Source of the DNA: Acidimicrobiia bacterium
GTDB lineage: Bacteria; Actinomycetota; Acidimicrobiia; Spongiisociales; Spongiisociaceae
Length of the DNA: 12,720 bases
Direction: 5' to 3'
NCBI GenBank assembly: GCA_041576165.1
Contig: JBFGLM010000086.1
Coordinates: 1-12,720, forward strand
A program made the position numbers and the translations under genes. The notes under the pieces are model-generated. The model saw only the letters and a program-made list of their open reading frames with translations. It searched no databases and had not been told where the DNA came from. Of the stretch, positions 8,620 to 12,720 are shown piece by piece (position 1 is the first letter of the stretch; every line of letters begins with the position of its first letter).

Positions 8620-8880
8620 CTAGGCGCTCCTTTCCATCTCTTTCTGGACGTCCACCTCGGTGATGGGACGCTCGAAATAGGCCGCCCACGCATTGAAGGC
8701 AAGCCCGACACCCCAGCCCGCGATTGGCCAAATCGGCCAGAAATACCCCGCGCCGGATATCGCCCAGATGACGACCAGCATCGTATTCACGACGACGTAG
8801 ACCGCCGCATGGTTTCTGAAGTCCCGCTTTGCTTTCACCCGTCTCAGGGCCGCTTCACGGCGATCAGTTAGGTCGGCCAC
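8620..8880 (-). CDS. Small 2TM-domain membrane protein (86 aa)
   Basis: GGAGG RBS before GTG at 8880. Sequence A.RRVKAKRDFRNHAAVYVVVN.MLVVIW...YFWPIWPIAGWGVGLAFNAW matches the 2TM family pattern. Confidence 0.85.
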   Translation of the reverse strand: MADLTDRREAALRRVKAKRDFRNHAAVYVVVNTMLVVIWAISGAGYFWPIWPIAGWGVGLAFNAWAAYFERPITEVDVQKEMERSA

Positions 8881-9062
8881 GGTCACCTCCTCACTCGGGT
8901 TTGCGATTCTCACGCGAGCGTGCCTTGCGACTCCGAAATGCGATAGAGGCGTACGCCCTCTTGGCCGATGACAAATCCGGCGGCCGCAAATGGTTGCCTG
9001 AGCCGACCGCTCGGCCGGTCGTTGCATGTTGCGATTAGGGCGAACGTGCATCCGGTCGCAGC

Positions 9063-9410
9063 CGGCCGGCCGGTCTTGCGTTCCCACATGTCGGCGAAGG
9101 CTTCGATGGCGGCTTCCTCATAGAGCGGCCGATCGGCCGCGACCGGCGGCGGAAATTAGGCGTGCTCGTTGGCAAGCTGGGCAGCTCGCTGACGGCTGAC
9201 GCCGAGGCGCTCACCGATCGTCGTCAGGTTGAGCAACGGGGTCCGGACCCAGGTGGCCTCACCATCGGGAGTGTTGGCGTCCGCAACCACCACGGCGGTC
9301 ACTATCCCCTCCAGGCCGGCAGGGGCCGCAGCGGCGTCCTCCAAGGACAGAGCCATGCCCAACGCACTGGAAGCGTCCGTGGCGCTGAAGGTCAGGCGCA
9401 TACGTGGTGA
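9063..9410 (-). pseudogene. Disrupted AlpA/HTH-like DNA-binding protein gene (in-frame TAA; 5' end uncertain)
   Basis: Reads LLNLTTIGERLGVSRQRAAQLANEHA*FPPPVAADRPLYEEAAIEAFADMWERKTGRP. The family-like sequence continues in frame past TAA at 9156-9158. Boundaries approximate. Confidence 0.7.
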
Positions 9411-9438
9411 TCGGCGTGAGCATTGGGTGTGCGGTCGA

Positions 9439-9477
9439 AGATGTAGACAGGCCATATACATTATGTAGACTACATCT
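9439..9477 (+). promoter_or_regulatory. Putative promoter/operator of the toxin-antitoxin operon
   Basis: AT-rich patch. TAGACA (9444-9449), 16 bp, TAGACT (9466-9471), 6 nt, ATG. Palindrome ATGTAG-A-CTACAT (9463-9475) and direct repeat ATGTAGAC at 9441 and 9463. Confidence 0.7.
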
Positions 9478-9714
9478 ATGGGTACTACGACAATTCGAGT
9501 GGATACCGACACCCACGCCCGCCTCCTCGCTCTGAGCAAAGCGACTGGGGCATCGCTCATCGAGACGGTTCGCGACGCCGCCGAAGCTCTCCGACGCCAA
9601 CGCTTCGCCCATCAGGTGGCCGCCGAGCTTGCCGATCTCCGCGAGGACCCTGAGGCATGGCATGCCTACCTCGCCGAGGCGGATGACACGTCGGTGAGCG
9701 ATGGCATCGGTTGA
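9478..9714 (+). CDS. Putative antitoxin with ribbon-helix-helix-like N-terminus (78 aa)
   Basis: TTTIRVDTDTHARLLALSKATGASLIETVRDA beta-alpha-alpha pattern and acidic C-terminus. Overlaps the toxin start by 14 bp. Confidence 0.8.
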   Translation: MGTTTIRVDTDTHARLLALSKATGASLIETVRDAAEALRRQRFAHQVAAELADLREDPEAWHAYLAEADDTSVSDGIG

Positions 9715-10039
9715 TGATCTCTGGCTCGTCGACTTCGGCGTGCCGTATCCCGGTGAGCCGGCCGCGCACCGCCCGGCATTGATCCTTGGTCCGCCCGACA
9801 CGTTCGGTCCTGGGTTTCCGTTCGTGATTGCAGTCCCACTGACCACTGCCCGGCGCGGCCTCTCGCTCCACGTCGAGGTCGAGGCCAGCGCCGACACCGG
9901 TCTCGACTCCACCAGCTACATCCAGTGCGAGCTGATCCGGTTGATCAACCGCAACCGGCTCGTTCATCGCCTCGGCGCCATAGGACCAGAGATCAGCAAC
10001 CAGGTCAGCACTGTCATCAAGACGCTGCTCAACCACTGA
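9701..10039 (+). CDS. mazF: Type II toxin, PemK/MazF family endoribonuclease (112 aa)
   Basis: LWLVDFG.P..GE...HRPALIL, VIAVPLTT, GL...SYIQCELIR.I...RL..RLG motifs. Downstream of a small RHH gene. Confidence 0.88.
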   Translation: MASVDDLWLVDFGVPYPGEPAAHRPALILGPPDTFGPGFPFVIAVPLTTARRGLSLHVEVEASADTGLDSTSYIQCELIRLINRNRLVHRLGAIGPEISNQVSTVIKTLLNH

Positions 10040-10197
10040 CCGGCACGCACCAGCGCGAGCACCTATGTGCCGTTCCAGTGCACTCGGCGGAACGCTCGTT
10101 CGTGCAACGTATTTGGTGTTCGGCGCCGCCACAGGCGACGCGGGGGAACCCCGGGATCTGTGGCCGAGAGCCTGTGAGTGACCGCGTTGATGAGGTG

Positions 10198-10953
10198 TCA
10201 GCTGGTCTGCTCGGCTGGGCTCCAGCGTCCTGGGCAGCCGTCGCAGTCTTTCCAGATTCGCTCGGGAGGAACGCCTGTGGCGACTCGTTGGGCCTCGTCG
10301 GCGAGGACGACTCCGATGAGGTGTCCTTGGGGGTCGGAGACGACTACGAGCTTGGTGCCGCGTCTTTTCATCTGCTGGAGGAGGGGGTGCAGGGACCCGT
10401 CCGGCCGGACTGTGGTAGGCCCGAGTTCCATGACCGCGTCGACAGTTGATTCGTTGTCGGCGTCCCAGGCGGAGCCTCGCAATCTCCCGACGACGATGCC
10501 GTCGCAGTCGACCACGAGGGCTTCATCCCATCCGGCCTCCTTGGCTCGTTGCCGAACGGTGCCGAGCGTTTCATGCGGTCGGGCGGTGAGGATGTCGGGT
10601 CGGGTGGCATCAGCGACGCGGAGGCCGGGGTCTTCGGTGCCGTCCACGTTGAGGCCGGCGGCTTTCCAGTCGGCGATGCCCGCGGTGTAGTCGTAGACCT
10701 GTTCGAATCCAAGTGCTTCGAGCCGGCACGCGGCTCGTGGAGACATGTCTCACAAGCCGTCGTGTCAGTAGACCACCACCGGTTTGTCTCGCCGCAACGC
10801 CGAAGTGGTCTCAGCGTCGAGGCGACGCAGCGGAACGCTGATCGCACCCGGGATGTGCTGCGCGGCGTACTCGGCGTCGGGAAGGACGTCCACGACTTGC
10901 GCGCCGTGGTCGATGAGTTCGAGCAGCCGGGTGCGATCGATGTTGGTCACCAT
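10198..10953 (-). CDS. Rhodanese-like + CBS-pair protein with two in-frame TGA codons (candidate selenoprotein, U63/U68), 251 aa
   Basis: ATG 10953 MVTNIDR...VVDVLPDAEYAAQHIPGAISVPL...KPVVVY, TGA (10767-10765), HDGL, TGA (10752-10750), then DMSPRAACRLEALGFEQVYDYTAGIADWKAAGL in the same frame. This completes a rhodanese domain, followed by two CBS repeats. Confidence 0.8.
10719..10737 (-). other. Candidate bacterial SECIS hairpin
   Basis: mRNA CGAGCCG-CGUGC-CGGCUCG: perfect 7-bp stem starting 12 nt after the second UGA, with G at loop position 2. Confidence 0.55.
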
Positions 10954-10954
10954 G

Positions 10955-11115
10955 TCAGGTCGCCTGTCGGAGGGCTGCTCGGAGCTGGTCGAGGCTCGGA
11001 GACCCGCCAAAGCCCGTCGCGGTCTGATACACCCGGCAGGACAGACCGACCGGGGTGTCCGGGTCGGCGAACGGGTCGGACCCGTCGATGAGGACTGTGG
11101 GTGAACCTCGGAAAG
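10955..11115 (-). pseudogene. 3' half of a small thioredoxin-like protein (family variously annotated as DUF2703 / alkylmercury lyase-like / DF family)
   Basis: FRGSPTVLIDGSDPFADPDTPVGLSCRVYQTATGFGGSPSLDQLRAAL matches the C-terminal half of this family as I recall it. The N-terminal half is absent. Stop is 1 nt before the rhodanese ATG. Confidence 0.7.
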
Positions 11116-11117
11116 GA

Positions 11118-11339
11118 CGCGCTGAGGGCGCCGACCGGGTCGACAAAGGCGGCTGCGAATGAGTCTCCGGCCGTAGTGAATACGTAGCCACCGTGTCCTT
11201 CGACAGTCTGGCGCACAATCGCGTCGTGTTGACGCACCGCTTCCTTCATCGCCTCCGGCTGCCCATCCCAAAGACGCGAACTGCCTTCGATGTCGGTGAA
11301 CAGGAAGGTGGTGATCCCGGTTGGGAGGTCGATGGCAAC
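11118..11339 (-). pseudogene. 5' fragment of a class III adenylate/guanylate cyclase domain gene
   Basis: LPTGITTFLFTDIEGSSRLWDGQPEAMKEAVRQHDAIVRQTVEGHGGYVFTTAGDSFAAAF...ALSA, then similarity ends abruptly. No in-frame ATG/GTG/TTG between upstream TAG (11366-11364) and the LPTG motif. Confidence 0.82.
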
Positions 11340-11685
11340 CCCTAGCTCTGGTTGCTTCCGAACCTAACCGCCCGGCACCATCTAAGCACAGATCCCCCAA
11401 ACTGTTGACTTGGAAATCCCCGAATCGACTTCACCACGTCGTCGACCTTCTTCGTTGAGGTGCCAGTCACATCGGCGTCATGATCACCGCCCACAGCGCC
11501 CGATCCACTGCGACGCCTCGGCTCCAGGAGGGTCGAGAAGAACGCCCCACCCGCACCTTGGGGATCCGCGACTCGACATCCCCCCGATCGGCTGGGACTT
11601 GCACCAAGGACTACAGGGTGTCGAGCACAGGCGCTCGGTTCCAGCCGCGCGGGGGTCCCGGTTCGGCAGAGTTCGGATGCTGTGG

Positions 11686-12189
11686 CTAGTTGCCAGGCTT
11701 CAAAACCAGAATCGAAAGCGTCTGCACGCCAGAGATGATGACGACCTGGCCCTCCTCGAAGATGTCAGTCTCGAGGTCAGCGTTCAAGATGTCAGCAAAC
11801 TCAGCGTCGATGGGGAACGGTCCATCCACGAACTCAAAGGTATTGGTGCACTCGACCAGATCCTTCCGCCCGTTCGCCGGTGCCGCGGCGCCGAAATCCG
11901 CCACGTCGACAAACGTCGCCGATGCGCTATCTCCGTCAACGATCTGTACCGTGACCTCACTGGTGAACGTGAACTGCTTGGCGACGTAGTTCTCGCCGGT
12001 TTCGACGTCCCAAGCTGCTAAGCCTCCCCCGGGTTGGGGCCGCACCGTAACGTCGCCGATGGGCGTATCGCACTCCAGCGGAATCAGCTCGTCGGCGTTG
12101 TTCTTGTTGTTCGGCGCTGCTGTAGCCGGTAGCGCCGAAGTCAGCAGCATGGCTGCCACCAAACCGAGCGTCGATAGTGTCTTCCTCAT
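11686..12189 (-). CDS. Hypothetical secreted protein (167 aa, Sec signal peptide)
   Basis: GGAGG RBS before ATG 12189. MRKTLSTLGLVAAMLLTSALPATA|AP has an A-x-A cleavage site. Acidic, beta-rich mature part with two Cys. Confidence 0.82.
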   Translation of the reverse strand: MRKTLSTLGLVAAMLLTSALPATAAPNNKNNADELIPLECDTPIGDVTVRPQPGGGLAAWDVETGENYVAKQFTFTSEVTVQIVDGDSASATFVDVADFGAAAPANGRKDLVECTNTFEFVDGPFPIDAEFADILNADLETDIFEEGQVVIISGVQTLSILVLKPGN

Positions 12190-12307
12190 GGGTCTCCCCT
12201 CCATCGCAATGGTCCCATCTCGTGTGAACCCCCTAGAGCAGGGCGTGATCTCGAGCCTACCCGCGTCGTGACGCGAGCGAGGCTCCGCCAGAAGAAGCCA
12301 AGCGGCG

Positions 12308-12332
12308 CTTGCTGGCACCGCGTGCCAGCAAG
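12308..12332. other. Perfect 11-bp inverted repeat upstream of the secreted-protein gene
   Basis: CTTGCTGGCAC-cgc-GTGCCAGCAAG. Confidence 0.6.
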
Positions 12333-12720
12333 GCAAAGATGTTGGGAGGCCGGCTCCTGGCGCTGATCTCCGCGGGCAGCGCTCTAACAGGGTCAAGCAC
12401 CACCATGCTATCGGAGCCGACGCACGGAGTCGGACCACTCAGATCACAGATCGCCTCGATCGACATGGCGCACTCCGTTTCGAGCCGAACCGGCGACTTG
12501 ATGATGTTGCTCATGCTGGGGCGTAGGCCACGCTTCGGTTGGGTCATTGGCGGGTCGCTCGCGAACCGGCTGCCAACCGGTGTGGGTTTGGCTCGTGAAT
12601 GGGGTGCGGCCCCGCTGGTGGCCGCTTGACGGGGAGTGGCTCAAGAGAGGTCTGCACTGCTGCAAGTCGCATTGCCCTCCTCGGCACATCGAGCTCGAGG
12701 AAGGGACGGGACGTATGGCA

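Noticed and set aside
10750-10767. Alternative genetic code (TGA = Trp or Gly) as explanation for the in-frame TGAs
   Set aside because: TGA terminates tetR, the ABC ATPase, pbpA, rodA, pstP, fhaB, fhaA and both TA genes in this window, and Trp is encoded by TGG.
10954-11400. N-terminal 149 aa of ORF 10765..11400 and chimeric ORFs 10947..11249 / 10955..11218 as intact genes
   Set aside because: They are off-frame read-through across the cyclase/thioredoxin-like junction. Recognisable similarity is confined to the fragments listed.
12308-12332. Sigma54 promoter (TGGCAC)
   Set aside because: No TTGC at the required -12 spacing on either strand.
12663-12687. Possible attR copy of the tRNA-Leu 3' end (CAAGTC...CCCTCCTCG)
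   Set aside because: Only 9 contiguous bases match (12675-12683 vs 8327-8335), which is compatible with chance, and no integrase is visible.
12257-12720. Short ORFs 12257..12547, 12309..12629 and 12444..12689
   Set aside because: No recognisable motifs or RBS and mutually overlapping. None can be supported.

Overview
High-GC window, probably from an Actinomycetota genome (inferred from gene order). The left two thirds are mostly ordinary: palindromic intergenic repeats (1-301), a TetR regulator + ABC-2 exporter operon on + (363-3582), the fhaA-fhaB-pstP-rodA-pbpA signalling/cell-wall cluster on - (3603-8158, with no pknA/pknB after pbpA) and the divergent tRNA-Leu(CAG). Downstream of the tRNA is an accessory patchwork: a small 2TM protein, a broken AlpA/HTH-like gene, an RHH-antitoxin/MazF toxin pair, a fusion scar between a class III cyclase remnant and a thioredoxin-like remnant, and a secreted protein. 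The main find is a gene that the ORF track splits in two. It reads as one rhodanese + CBS-pair protein (10953->10198, 251 aa) with two in-frame TGA codons in the rhodanese active-site loop (VVVY-U-HDGL-U-DMSPRAA). These are followed by a hairpin with bacterial SECIS geometry, making it a candidate double-selenocysteine (UxxxxU) selenoprotein that also has a C-terminal CxxC. All family assignments come from motif recognition by eye; no searches were run.
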